This document shows, piece after piece, positions 12,159 through 23,104 of a DNA stretch of 64,000 nt. The stretch comes from Rebecca billardiae RCC1528 (lineage: Eukaryota > Protista > Haptophyta), in contig OZ251236.1 in NCBI GenBank assembly GCA_965240325.2, positions 682,001-746,000 of the forward strand, in the 5' to 3' direction. The notes below the pieces were generated by a model. The model saw only the letters and a program-made list of their open reading frames with translations, searched no databases and was not told the origin of the DNA. Each line of letters opens with the position of its first letter. Position 1 is the first letter of the stretch. The position numbers and the translations under genes were made by a program.

Positions 12159-13438
12159 GGCTGCGCCGCGCGCGTCCACCCGACGCGCTGGGACGCTGGC
12201 CGGCGGGGGTGTGGCGCCGGCCGCTGCCGTCAAGTATTTTCAGGGACTCCGGACCAGCAAGCGTTTCCAAGAAGGCAAGAATCGAAGCTGTTGGCTAGCA
12301 TCACGCGTCATCACCGCAGCCATCGTGCCTGGATCCCGACCTTGCTCTCCGTTCGGACGGGAACCCAACTGTGGGCTACGCAGCGCTCCGCCGGGCGACC
12401 GGGCCGCAATGGCAGCGGTCGTGCGGCCACAACTGCACACTGGCTGCGCGCAGAGCCTCGATGGAGGCCGTTTTGAACGTGCGCGGGCGGGCCCTGGGCT
12501 CTCCGCGCCGGCTGCGGGGCCGCGGCGCGCGGTCGGTACGCGGCCGCATGCCAGATCTGCCTGACGGCCGATGGTCCGACTGGTCAGCCCCCAGCACGTT
12601 TGCCAGCGGCGAACGCCAGCCGACCAGCGACCCCGCGCCCGGCCATTTCTCGTCGATTTGACGATCAGCGACCACTCAGACCTGGCGCAGTCAGGAAAAA
12701 GCTATGGGACCGCCGCCAATGCGGCCCACAGTGCCGAGGCCGCACGACCAACCACCCGGCGCCCTGGCCCACACTTCCGCTCACGTGAGGATCTGCGCCC
12801 TGACCACTGCAGAGCAAGTGCGGCGATCACCGGGCAATGGTGACTGCGTAGTGGAGAGGTGCACGCGCCTTCGTCCCTTGCGCCCCCACCAGCTCACTCC
12901 CTGAATCGAATCAGCCCGTGCCACCCGGCCCGGGTCCGCGACACCCAACGACACTGTTCAGTCCAAGCGAGAGGCACGAGCCAAGGTCAATCGTTGAGTG
13001 CACGGGTTTCACGAAAGCACTGCTCAAGACAACAGAGCTGGGGGATGGCTCGTCGACCAGGACGACGGCACGAGCCCACGCTCTCAAGATGCTGAGCTCC
13101 CGGAGGCGAGAAGGCTCGCGCGCGGCGCCATCGCCCGACAAGTACCTTACCAAGCCGGCAAACCGGTTGGCGCGTGCGGTGCGGTCCTATGGGGGTAACG
13201 CGTGGCCGTGATATATGTGCTGACTAAATCGCGCAGCATCATCAGTACTCACTAACTAGTAGTAACTCCTACTATAACGACGTAGTATTATTAGCAGACC
13301 TCGATGTCGCCGTCGCTCCAGCAGCTCTGAGTCACTGAGCTCACACCGTACTCCGTCTAGAGTAAGAGTCCTCCGGCATCGCCATCTAAGAGACCGTCAA
13401 GCTGGTAAGACGAGAATTTGAGATTTGACAGCCCTGCC

Positions 13439-14995
13439 TTACGGCGCCCTGGCCGTCCTGACGACGACGCAGCTGTGCTGCTGCTCAGGCCCGCTCCCCC
13501 CGGTCACCCGCCTGGCCATCACCACGGGTCGTACACACGACGGCGTCGAGGCGACGCTGGCTGTGACCAGCTGCGGCAGCTGCGATGATCGCGGCCGCCG
13601 CGCTGCCACAACGTCCGGAGCAGTGGCTGTGCTGCTGGCGCGCTTCCGCTGTCGCTTGGCGGCGCTCGTCACTTCGTTGGGGCTCTTCATGTCTTGCTGC
13701 AGCCCGCGCTTGTGCCGACCTGAACTCCGATGCCTCTTCATGCCGGCCAGCTTGTGCGCAGCGCAACGGCTGGCGCGCGCGTCGCCCGGCATGCCGAATG
13801 AAGGCCCCGTGGTGCAGCCCGTGTGATCGCACTTGCGGCTCTTCAGGTCGACCATGCCGGTCAGCTTGTGCGCAGCGCACCGGCTCGCGCGCGCGTCACC
13901 CGGCATGCCAAATGAAGGCTCCTTGGTGCAGCCCGTGTGATCGCACTTGCGGCTCTTCAAGTCGACCATGCCGGCCAGCTTGTGCGCAGCGCACCGGCTG
14001 GCACGCATGTCGCCCGGCATGCCGAAGTGAGGCCGCGTGGTGCAGCCAATGTGATCGCACTTGCGGCTCTTCAGGTCGACCATGCCGGTCAGCTTGTGCG
14101 CAGCGCACCGGCTCGCGCGCGCGTCACCCGGCATGCCAAATGAAGGCTCCTTGGTGCAGCCCGTGTGATCGCACTTGCGGCTCTTCAGGTCGACCATGCC
14201 GGCCAGCTTGTGCGCAGCGCACCGGCTGGCACGCATGTCGCCCGGCATGCCGAAGTGAGGCCGCGTGGTGCAGCCAATGTGATCGCACTTGGGGTGCTTC
14301 AGGTCGACCATGCCGGCCAGCTTGTGCGCAGCGCACCGGCTGGCACGCATGTCGCCCGGCATGCCGTAGGAAGGCTGCGTGGTGCAGCCCGTGTGATCGC
14401 ACTTGCGGCTCTTCAGGTCGACCATGCCGGCCAGCTTGTGCGCAGCGCACCGGCTCGCGCGCGCGTCACCCGGCATGCCGAAGTGAGGCTCCTTGGTGCA
14501 GCCCGTGTGATCGCACTTGCGGTTCGTAACGTTGACCATGCCAGCCAGCTTGTGCGCAGCGCACCGGCTGGCGCGCGTGTCGCCTGCCATACCGAAGTGA
14601 GGCTGCGTGGTGCAGCCCGTGTGATCGCACTCAGGGTGCTTCAGGTCGACCATGCCGGCCAGCATGTGCGCAGCGCACCGGCTGGCGCGCGCGTCTCCCG
14701 GCATGCCGTAGTAAGGCTGCGTGGTGCAGCCCGTGTGATCGCACTTGGGGTGCTTCAGGTCGACCATGCCGGCCAGCTTGTGCACAGCGCACCGGCTGGT
14801 GCGCGCGTCACCCGCCATGCCGAATGAAGGCCGCGTGGTGCAGCCCGTGTGATCGCACTTGGGGTGCTTCAGGTCGACCATGCCGGCCAGCTTGTGCGCA
14901 GCGCACCGGCTGGCACGCGCGTCGCCCGGCATGCCGTAGGAAGGCTGCGTGGTGCAGCCCGTGTGATCGCACTTGCGGCTCTTCAGGCTGACCAT
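13439..14995 (-). CDS. EsV-1-7-type cysteine-rich repeat protein: 11 tandem 38-aa units plus a basic tail
   Basis: Unit MVDLKxxKCDHxGCTxxPxFGMPGDxRASRCAAHKLAG (C-x4-C...P-x-F/Y-G...C-x2-H) matches the EsV-1-7 motif. Start placed at the Met of the first repeat; the true start may lie slightly upstream. Confidence 0.85.
   Translation of the reverse strand: MVSLKSRKCDHTGCTTQPSYGMPGDARASRCAAHKLAGMVDLKHPKCDHTGCTTRPSFGMAGDARTSRCAVHKLAGMVDLKHPKCDHTGCTTQPYYGMPGDARASRCAAHMLAGMVDLKHPECDHTGCTTQPHFGMAGDTRASRCAAHKLAGMVNVTNRKCDHTGCTKEPHFGMPGDARASRCAAHKLAGMVDLKSRKCDHTGCTTQPSYGMPGDMRASRCAAHKLAGMVDLKHPKCDHIGCTTRPHFGMPGDMRASRCAAHKLAGMVDLKSRKCDHTGCTKEPSFGMPGDARASRCAAHKLTGMVDLKSRKCDHIGCTTRPHFGMPGDMRASRCAAHKLAGMVDLKSRKCDHTGCTKEPSFGMPGDARASRCAAHKLTGMVDLKSRKCDHTGCTTGPSFGMPGDARASRCAAHKLAGMKRHRSSGRHKRGLQQDMKSPNEVTSAAKRQRKRASSTATAPDVVAARRPRSSQLPQLVTASVASTPSCVRPVVMARRVTGGSGPEQQHSCVVVRTARAP
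13740..14995 (-). repeat. 114-bp coding tandem repeat, 11 copies
   Basis: GTGATCGCAC and CCATGCCGGCCAGCTTGTGCGCAGCGCACCGG recur every 114 bp. Confidence 0.97.
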
Positions 14996-15085
14996 GCCGG
15001 CCAGCTTGGCTGGGAAGGCGACCACGACCCTGGTCGCGCCCGCCGTCGCGCGCGCCTCGAGTTGACGAGTCGGTCCAGCCGATCC

Positions 15086-15156
15086 CGAAGCAGCCAACCG
15101 TGTGGCTCGTTGCCCGCCAGCCGGAGCGGGCACAAGCCACACGGTTGGCTGCTTCG
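15086..15156. repeat. 71-nt hairpin (22-bp perfect outer stem plus 7-bp inner stem) between divergent genes
   Basis: CGAAGCAGCCAACCGTGTGGCT ... AGCCACACGGTTGGCTGCTTCG, with inner TGCCCGC/GCGGGCA. Confidence 0.9.
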
Positions 15157-15293
15157 ACCAATCACCGCCCAGCGCCACTCGGGTGGGTAATCTACTATTA
15201 TGGGCGCGCGAGCACTCAACTTGCGGTTGGACGTCGGTCGCGCCGCTCGCGCCGCCGCCCGCTCCGACCGCTCGCCGTGGTTCGCCTCCCGCC

Positions 15294-16436
15294 ATGAACA
15301 GCTTGCGGTTCTCCGTCCGCCGCCTGTACGCGGCGACGCGCGTCGCGACGAAGCCGAGCGGCACCATGCGCATCCGTGGCGGCCACCGTGGCGGCGATGT
15401 GCGCATCTCCGCGAACATGGAGTCGGACATTGCGACGGTGCTCGCGTCGCGCGCGGGGACGCCTCTCGACCTGTCGGCTGCGGCGAGCATCACGCCGCCG
15501 GAGGGCGGGGCCGACATCGAGCTGTGCGACACGGACGGCGCCGACTTCGACATCGGCGTGCCCGCGAGCTTCAACATCGACGTGGCGCGCAGCGGCCGCC
15601 GCTCGAACGTGGCGATCGGCGGCTGGATCGAGGGAGACCTGACCGTGCGCGCGGACGGCGGCGGCGACGTGTCGGTGGAGACTGTGCGCGGCAAGGCGAC
15701 GACGCTCTCGACCAAGCATGGCTCGATCAACGTCGAGCTCATCGACGGCGACGCCGACCTGTACACCGCGCACGGCGACATTGACATCAAGAAGACGCAG
15801 GGCCGCGTGCTGAGCGCCGAGGCGAAGGGCGGCGGCGGCATCACTGGCAAGGCGCTGTACTGCGACGAGGCGAACATCAGCGCGGGGACGCGCGGGGTGA
15901 ACCTGCAGTTCCTCACCGCGAAGAAGGCCCTGGTCGAGTGCTCCGACGGCGGCGACATCCGCATCGGCTCCGTCGACGGCTTCCTGCACGCGCGCGCGAC
16001 CGACGGCGGCGCCATCCAGGTGCAGCTGACAAACATGGCGCGCGGCATCGAGCTCGAGGCGGACGGGGACATCGACCTGCTCGTGCCCGTGCACCTGCGC
16101 TTCGACGCGCGCGCGCGCGCGCCGCGGATCGAGATCGACGACGCCTTCGCCGCGAGCGTCGCCTCGGACAAGATGCACGGCGAGGGCGAGCGCGAGGTGC
16201 TGCTCAAGGGACTCGTGCCCACGCAGGCGGAAGTCTCGTCCGGCTCAGACCCGGAGCGCGCGCCCAAGGCCGTGCGGCTGAGGCGCCGCAACTCGGACCC
16301 GGACGGCGAGGACCAGGAGCTCGCGTCCGCCGGCGAGGGGCCGAAGATCGAGGCCATCTCGACCGGCGGCACCGTGCGCATCATCCAGCGCAGCTGGGTG
16401 CAGGGTGTGCTCGCTTCACACGGCTCGATGCAGTGA
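15294..16436 (+). CDS. DUF4097 / FAM185A-like beta-strand repeat protein, probably mitochondrial
   Basis: Presequence-like MNSLRFSVRRLYAATR; repeated GGDV/GDIDI/GGDIRIGSVDG/GGAIQV beta motifs; strongly GC3-biased codons. Confidence 0.75.
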   Translation: MNSLRFSVRRLYAATRVATKPSGTMRIRGGHRGGDVRISANMESDIATVLASRAGTPLDLSAAASITPPEGGADIELCDTDGADFDIGVPASFNIDVARSGRRSNVAIGGWIEGDLTVRADGGGDVSVETVRGKATTLSTKHGSINVELIDGDADLYTAHGDIDIKKTQGRVLSAEAKGGGGITGKALYCDEANISAGTRGVNLQFLTAKKALVECSDGGDIRIGSVDGFLHARATDGGAIQVQLTNMARGIELEADGDIDLLVPVHLRFDARARAPRIEIDDAFAASVASDKMHGEGEREVLLKGLVPTQAEVSSGSDPERAPKAVRLRRRNSDPDGEDQELASAGEGPKIEAISTGGTVRIIQRSWVQGVLASHGSMQ

Positions 16437-17605
16437 GCCGGGCTGGCGCGGGGGGCGGCCGCGGCCACGCGCCGCCCAGCACGCTGCATCGGGTGGCATG
16501 CAGCCATCGGACGAGGCCGCTTGGCCTGTGCCGCAGAGCCCTGGCGGCAGCGGCGGGCGAGGCGAGGGGCCTTGACCGCGCCACGCCGTGGCCCCTAGGG
16601 GGCCGCGGCGGCTCGGGCTGCTTTGGGACGCGACCAACGCCCTTGTCGTCGGTCTTTGCCGTCGCCGAGGGCAGCACCGCGACGAGCCTGCGGGCTGTGG
16701 GACGGGGAGGCGTCGTATCGGCGTCTATCGCTGCCGCGTCGCGCGGGGTCTGGCCGGTCCTGCAGGCACCACCGCCGGAGCCTGGACGGTGATTGATGTT
16801 GCGCCTCGCCCGTCCAGGCGACCGTTGGTCCGTTGGCGAAATGCGCGGACTCCGGTCGGTTTCAAGTACGACGGTCCGTCGGACTCTGTTACAGTGCTCT
16901 GTCTCTGCCTTTGATGGTGAGTCTCATCAGTACGTCGTAATATTATCGTCATCACTACATCAGACTCCGAGATCGGGCCGGACCCGGTGACTCTACTCGC
17001 CTCACTCCTCAGGCTACTGCCTACTGTCTTATGGCACTCTATCTGAAATCAATCACGGTACTCAGTCCGAGCCGTCCGACTGACTCACGGTCCGACGGTC
17101 ACGGGTCCCGGGTCCGAGGGCACCGAAGTGCCAGCCTTGCTCGGAGCACGGCAGCTGACTGCCGTGCTCCGAGCAGCTCACCCGCCTGGCGGCTGGCGGC
17201 CCCGGCCCCGGGACGACACGGGCTGTCATCGCTTCGGGTGGAACCGTTACCGGCACTCGTGGCCGTGCGCAGCAGCAGACTCTGCCGCCGCGCCGAGCCA
17301 GTACTCAGCAGTACGCTGTACGGCCAGTGCGACGGCCCGGCCCCGAGGCGCACCGGCGTGACCCGGCGGGCGCCGCGCAGCCGGCTGCTAACGCTAGGCG
17401 GCCGGACCGGGCGGTGAATATAACTCCGCTGCGCTGCAGCGCTCGGCTCATGCATTCATCAGTCGTCAGTCAAGTCATGCCAACTCAATTGCAATAACTG
17501 AGCTGCTCGGGCCGACTATCGCCCGTAGTGCCCTGCTGAGTGCTGCTGGGCCTGGGGGTCCTGCCGCGCAGCGGCCGAGTACGGAGTAGTTAGATGATAT
17601 CAATA

Positions 17606-17724
<119 letters not shown>

Positions 17725-18258
17725 GCTCTAGCAGCTGCTTCCGCTTGACGCTGATGTGTGAGATTACTAGTGATCGGCAGTTCGTGACGAGACTGAGTGC
17801 TGGACTCAGTGCTGCACTCTTCAATGTTCATGAAGAGTCCAGCACGACAGCACGTCGCCACGAGTCACGACACAGTATATAGTATTAACGACAGCAAATA
17901 GTAGCAGCAACAATCCGAACATTTGTCGATTTGACGACGCGCTGCACGGCGCGGGGCGGGCCCCGCGCCAGGCGCTGACCGAGTGACCGGCCGCTGCCGC
18001 TAGGGCGGCAGGGCAGGCGGGCCCCCCGGCAGGGCGGCACCAGCGCGGCGAGCCCGCGTGGAGCCATCGCGACCCGCGCGGGGAGTGAGTCAGTGAGCTC
18101 GAGTGACGGCTGATGCCGTCAGTGGCGTGGCGCCACTGCCATGCAGGATGCAGGCTAACGGGATGCGAGCCGCGCGAGAGCCGACGCCACCACGATGCGA
18201 GCCCTCTCGAGGCAGCTCCGATGCACCCAGCCGCAGATCCGCTGCCGTTGAAGCAGGA

Positions 18259-19119
18259 TCACACACGCGGCAGCCGACATGCGTCGCGTACATGCCCCGC
18301 GAGAGCCGCAATCGCCACCCCCAAATCGCTGCTGCTACTGCGGCTGCCGGTATCGCCGCTGCCACCACCTGGCTGACGAGCAGTAGACTGCGCGGATGCG
18401 GGCGCATCGCGCGTGCACGCGGCGTGTACCTCCTCGAGCCAGTCGCGGTACATTCCCCTGCGCATCGGGTCGGCATCGCACAGCGCCTCCAGAAGTGCAG
18501 CCGACGCGCCGCGCTCGGCACGCGAGTCGGAGTGTGCAGGTGGCCTCAGCATGTAGCGCGCCACGTGTGCCAGCTCCGGGTGCGCTTCGACGAAGCGAGC
18601 GCACTGCCACACCTCGGCGGCTGTGCAGGCTTCCACGCGGTGCAGGGCGTCGAGGAGCTGCCGGTGGTAGCTCCATCGGCTCTCGCTGTGCCCCTGCCGC
18701 CAGTGACCGCGCCACAAAAGCTCGAGCTCGTGGCGGACAGCGCGCTCAGCCTCATCCGCGGGCAGCGTGCGCAGCCCCGCCTGGAATGCGACCGCGCGCA
18801 GGTGCCAGTACCCACCATTATCCGAGTCGACCCACGTGCTTGGCTCGCCAACGAGGTGCGTCGGCCACGCGCCGCCGTTCCCGCGCGCATGTTCGAGCAC
18901 GAGCTTGAGCAGCCAATGCCACGCAAACATGTGTCGTCTGTCTGCGGCGAGCGCGCGCGATATGAGCTGCGCAGCCTCAGATTCCGAGCTCACACGGGAC
19001 GCGAGCGCGCGCCAATACGCTGCGTCCTTCACCGACTCCACGCTGGGCTCGTGGGCGCCGGGCGCGTGGGCACCATGCTGGGTGCCCAGCGCGCACGCCG
19101 CGACCAGGACGGCCGCCAT
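18259..19119 (-). CDS. Divergent protein prenyltransferase alpha-subunit repeat (PPTA)-like protein
   Basis: Repeat-like segments RHMFAWHW, NGGYWHLR and SESRWSYHRQLL, and C-terminal LCDADPMRRGMYRDW resembling the FTase-alpha DPIRxxYW end. The upstream part of the 570-aa ORF is only antisense to DnaJ. Confidence 0.55.
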   Translation of the reverse strand: MAAVLVAACALGTQHGAHAPGAHEPSVESVKDAAYWRALASRVSSESEAAQLISRALAADRRHMFAWHWLLKLVLEHARGNGGAWPTHLVGEPSTWVDSDNGGYWHLRAVAFQAGLRTLPADEAERAVRHELELLWRGHWRQGHSESRWSYHRQLLDALHRVEACTAAEVWQCARFVEAHPELAHVARYMLRPPAHSDSRAERGASAALLEALCDADPMRRGMYRDWLEEVHAACTRDAPASAQSTARQPGGGSGDTGSRSSSSDLGVAIAALAGHVRDACRLPRV

Positions 19120-19248
19120 TGATGGCGGGCAGTGGCAAACGAACGACGACTGCTCAAAAGAGCCGGACTGCTGCGGTGGCCCACGTCGAACAGTGCCACG
19201 GGCAGGTCGCACCGGCGGTCCACGGTTCGTCCCGCATCGGCGACGACG

Positions 19249-20676
19249 ATGCGTCGTCGCAGCAGGCACTTGCTGCTGCTCGGCCTCGCGCTCCTCGTGG
19301 GGGTCGCGCGGGGCTTCGACTCCATCTTCGGCAACTTCTTCGCTGGCGGTGGCATGCCGGGCGGCGATGGGGGTGCGGGCGCAGGCAAGCACACGGAGTA
19401 CTACGACGCGCTCGGAGTCAAGCCCGATGCGACCGAAGCGCAGCTGCGCAAGGCGTACCGCAAGCTGGCGCTGAAGCACCACCCCGACAAAGGGGGCGAC
19501 CCGGACAAGTTCAAAGAGATCAACGAGGCCTTCACCGTGCTCTCCGACAAGGAGAAGCGCCGTGCGTACGATCGGTTTGGCAAGGAGGCCGTGAACAATG
19601 GCGGCGCAGGGCCGTCCTCTGCGGAGGATCTCTTCTCGATGTTCTTCGGCGCGGGCGCGCCCGGGCAGCGTCGGGGCGAGCCCGTGGCGCAGGACACTGT
19701 CGTGGCGATCGACGTGCCCCTCGAGGAGCTCTACCTCGGCAAAGAGAAGAAGCTGCGCGTGCGGCGCGCGAGGGTGTGCGCGGATTGCAAGGGCGCGGGC
19801 GGGCGCGACGGCACGCGCGGCCGCACGTGCGACGCGTGCGGCGGCTCCGGCGTCGTGGTGCGGCTGCACCGGCTCGGCGCGGGCATGGTGCAGCAGGTGC
19901 GCATGCACTGCCCGCAGTGCGAGGGCAGCGGGCGCGTCCTCGCCGCCTCCGACCGCTGCCCCAAGTGCCACGGCAAGAAGGTGGTCGCCGAGACCGCCTC
20001 AGTCACGCTCACGGTCGAGCCCGGCATGCGCGCCGGCGAGCAAATCGTGCTCGAGGGCATGGGCGACGAGGAGCCGGGCGCGCGCGCGGGCGACCTGGTG
20101 GTGATGCTGCGCGAGCGCGCGCACGCGTACTACCGCCGGCAGGACGCCCACCTCGTCTGCAGCCTCACCGTCTCGCTGCTCGAGGCGATCAGCGGCTTCA
20201 CGCGCCCGATCGATAGGCTCGACGGCCGGCGGCTGTTTCTGCGCGTGCCACGCGGCCAGGTGACGAGGCCGGGCTCGATCAAGCGCGTGCGCGGGGAGGG
20301 GATGCCGGTGCGCGGACGGCCGGACGTGCACGGCGATCTGTTCGTGCGCATGCAGGTGGACCTCCCCGCGCCGCAGGTGCTGGGCGAGGAGCGGCTGCGA
20401 AAGCTCGAGGCGCTGCTCGCGGACGTCGGCCCCAGCGCCGCGGCCGACGCCCAGCCTGGCGCGGCAGGCACATCGCGCAGGAGAAGGTCGAGCGCCGCGG
20501 CCCCATCCCCGACGGAGGACGACATTGTGAAGGACCTGGTGGACTTCAGCATCGATGGAGGCCCGGCGAGCTCCGATGCGGACGCAGCAGACTCCGTCAG
20601 AATGGGCGACGACGACGACCGCCGGACGACGGAAAATGACGACGACGACGATGCTGACAATGACGAGTCTTTTTAA
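19249..20676 (+). CDS. Type I DnaJ/Hsp40 with N-terminal signal peptide (ER/secretory, Scj1/ERdj3-like)
   Basis: Signal peptide [22 protein letters not shown]; J domain with HPD; four CxxCxGxG-type zinc motifs; C-terminal GEGMP...GDLFV; acidic tail. Confidence 0.93.
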   Translation: MRRRSRHLLLLGLALLVGVARGFDSIFGNFFAGGGMPGGDGGAGAGKHTEYYDALGVKPDATEAQLRKAYRKLALKHHPDKGGDPDKFKEINEAFTVLSDKEKRRAYDRFGKEAVNNGGAGPSSAEDLFSMFFGAGAPGQRRGEPVAQDTVVAIDVPLEELYLGKEKKLRVRRARVCADCKGAGGRDGTRGRTCDACGGSGVVVRLHRLGAGMVQQVRMHCPQCEGSGRVLAASDRCPKCHGKKVVAETASVTLTVEPGMRAGEQIVLEGMGDEEPGARAGDLVVMLRERAHAYYRRQDAHLVCSLTVSLLEAISGFTRPIDRLDGRRLFLRVPRGQVTRPGSIKRVRGEGMPVRGRPDVHGDLFVRMQVDLPAPQVLGEERLRKLEALLADVGPSAAADAQPGAAGTSRRRRSSAAAPSPTEDDIVKDLVDFSIDGGPASSDADAADSVRMGDDDDRRTTENDDDDDADNDESF

Positions 20677-20917
20677 AAATACATATAGCAGTATAAATTA
20701 ACGACGTGGTATGCAACGGGCAGGCGTCAGAGTCAGCAAGCTGTAGCAGCAGATCGAGCAGCAGAGACAAACACCAGGATCAGCGCTCCTCGCCGTCGTC
20801 CCCCCCCTCATAGTCGCCCATCACTCCATCGCCGAGCGGAAGCTCGACGCACCGTCTGGCGTCGACGCGCACGCGCCACCGCGGTGGTCGCGGTGCCACG
20901 CGTCGTCAGCCGTATAA

Positions 20918-22696
20918 ATGCGCGCGATGGTGTTTTTGCAGCAAAAATACGGACGACGTACGGTGCCTTCGCTCATCATGGCGGCGAAAGCTTCCGCGGC
21001 GGTCGGTCTCCTCTGGCGCAAGTCGGGGCGCGGCGACGCACGTGCGACATTCCTTCTGGCGAAGCGGGCTGAGGATGGCGACGGCATCGCGCAGGACACG
21101 CGCGAGGCCTTTCGCCTGTACACCCTCGCCGCTGAGCGCGGCTTTGCCGACGCGCAGGCGAGGATGGGCGACATCTGCATGGCCGGCGAGCTTGGTCAGC
21201 CCGTCGACCTCGAGGCAGCCGCGCGCTGGTACCGGCTGGCGGTCGATCAGGGCTACGCTGCGGCGCAGTACAATCTGGGCACGTGCTACGCGCAAGGCAG
21301 GGGTGTGCAGCAGGATTGGGGCGAGGCGGTGCGCTGGTACCGGCTGGCGGCCGAGCAGGGCTTTGCTGAAGCGCAGCGCATTCTGGGCGCGTGCTACACG
21401 GTTGGTAACGGTGTGCAGCAGGATTGGGGCGAGGCGGCGCGCTGGAACAGGCTGGTGGCCGAGCAGGGCTACGCTGCGGCGCAGCACATCCTGGGTGGGT
21501 GCTACGAGCTTGGCAAGGGTGTGCAGCAGGATTTGGGCGAGGCGGTGCGCTGGTACCGGCTGGCGGCCGAGCAGGGCTTTGCTCAAGCGCAGGGCAGTCT
21601 GGGCGCGTGCTACACGCTTGGCAAGGGTGTGCAGCAGGATTGGGGCGAGGCGGTGCGCTGGTACCGGCTGGCGGCCGAGCAGGGCTTTGCTCAAGCGCAG
21701 GGCAGTCTGGGCGCGTGCTACACGCTTGGCAACGGTGTGCAGCAGGATTGGGGCGAGGCGGCGCGCTGGTACCGGCTGGCGGCCGAGCAGGGCGACGCTG
21801 CGGCGCAGAACAGCCTGGGTGGGTGCTACACGCATGGCAAGGGTGTGCAGCAGGATTGGAGCGAGGCGGTGCGCTGGTACCGGCTGGCGGCCGAGCAGGG
21901 CGACGCTGCGGCGCAGCACAGCCTGGGCAGCTGCTACGTGAGTGGCAAGGGTGTGCAGCAGGATTGGGGCGAGACGGTGCGCTGGTACCGGCTGGCGGCC
22001 GAGCAGGGCTTTGCTCTAGCGCAAGGCATGCTGGGCATATGCTACGCGCAAGGCGACGGTGTGCAGCAGGATTGGAGCGAGGCGGTGCGCTGGTACCGGC
22101 TGGCGGCCGAGCAGGGCGTTGCTCAAGCGCAGATCCAACTGGCCCTACGCTACGACAATGGCGAGGGTGTGCAGCAGGACTCGGGCGAGGCCGCGCACTG
22201 GTTCCGGCTGGCGGCCGAGCAGGGCAATGCTGACGCGCAGCTCGAACTGGGCCTGCGCTACACGATCGGCGAGGGTGTGCCGGAGAATCGGGGCGAGGCA
22301 GCACGCTGGTTACGATTGGCTGCTGATCGCGGGAGCGGACGTGCGCACATCTCGCTGGGAGGGCTGATGCTGGTGGGTGGTGAGGGAGTGGAGCGTGACG
22401 TGGAGGAGGGCGCGCGGCTGCTGCACTGTGGCCAAGAACTCGATCCCGACCTCAGAGATGAAGTGAGCGATACGCTGGCTGGGATGGCTGCATTTCGAGA
22501 GGTGGTCTCCCAGTGCTGCATCGCCTGCGGACGGACAGGCCGTGGTCTGAAGAAGTGCGAGCGATGCCACGTGGCGGCCTTCTGCTCACGCGAGCACCTG
22601 CGCAGCTCGTGGAAGGTGCACAAGCCCCACTGCAACGCGTGGTGCGCACAGGCAGCAGCTCAAGCCCCTGCCGCAGCTGCCCCCGCTAGCGCCTAA
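20918..22696 (+). CDS. Sel1-like repeat protein (~13 repeats) with C-terminal MYND zinc finger
   Basis: 36-aa units AQxxLGxCYxxGxGVQQDWGEAVRWYRLAAEQG; C-terminal CIAC...CERC...FCSREH...W..HKPHC. Confidence 0.93.
   Translation: MRAMVFLQQKYGRRTVPSLIMAAKASAAVGLLWRKSGRGDARATFLLAKRAEDGDGIAQDTREAFRLYTLAAERGFADAQARMGDICMAGELGQPVDLEAAARWYRLAVDQGYAAAQYNLGTCYAQGRGVQQDWGEAVRWYRLAAEQGFAEAQRILGACYTVGNGVQQDWGEAARWNRLVAEQGYAAAQHILGGCYELGKGVQQDLGEAVRWYRLAAEQGFAQAQGSLGACYTLGKGVQQDWGEAVRWYRLAAEQGFAQAQGSLGACYTLGNGVQQDWGEAARWYRLAAEQGDAAAQNSLGGCYTHGKGVQQDWSEAVRWYRLAAEQGDAAAQHSLGSCYVSGKGVQQDWGETVRWYRLAAEQGFALAQGMLGICYAQGDGVQQDWSEAVRWYRLAAEQGVAQAQIQLALRYDNGEGVQQDSGEAAHWFRLAAEQGNADAQLELGLRYTIGEGVPENRGEAARWLRLAADRGSGRAHISLGGLMLVGGEGVERDVEEGARLLHCGQELDPDLRDEVSDTLAGMAAFREVVSQCCIACGRTGRGLKKCERCHVAAFCSREHLRSSWKVHKPHCNAWCAQAAAQAPAAAAPASA
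21254..22117 (+). repeat. 108-bp coding tandem repeat, 8 near-identical core copies
   Basis: GGTGTGCAGCAGGATTGG...GCGCTGGTACCGGCTGGCGGCCGAGCAGGGC recurs every 108 bp. Confidence 0.95.
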
Positions 22697-23104
22697 GCGC
22701 CAGCAGCCAGGCTCACTCCTGACAGCCGACTCAGCGCCTCGGTCTGATGTAATTGCTGATGTAGTAGGGCCGTTCGGCGTTCCGCCCGTCCGCCGCGACC
22801 GCAGTCCGTGTAGCCACGAAGGTCAGCTAGATATTTAGAGTCGATCTCTGCGCTACTAATGTGGCGACTCTCTAGAATATATATATAATATATATAATAT
22901 AATAACTGATGCTGCTATATATATATTCGAGAGTCACGCGATCCGGCCTCTCAGCACCGACTCACCGACACCGTCCGTCAGTCGTCACCGTCTGCGCCTG
23001 ATCACTGATGCGCGCGGCCCGATTAATAAGCAGTGGCCGGTTGACCTGCGCCAGCACAGTGACAGTAAAGACTAAAGTTAGTACGGCAGCCACGAACGGT
23101 ACGC

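Noticed and set aside
14996-16507. N-terminal half of the 1022-aa minus-strand ORF
   Set aside because: It is mostly the antisense shadow of the DUF4097 gene; only the repeat portion looks like real protein.
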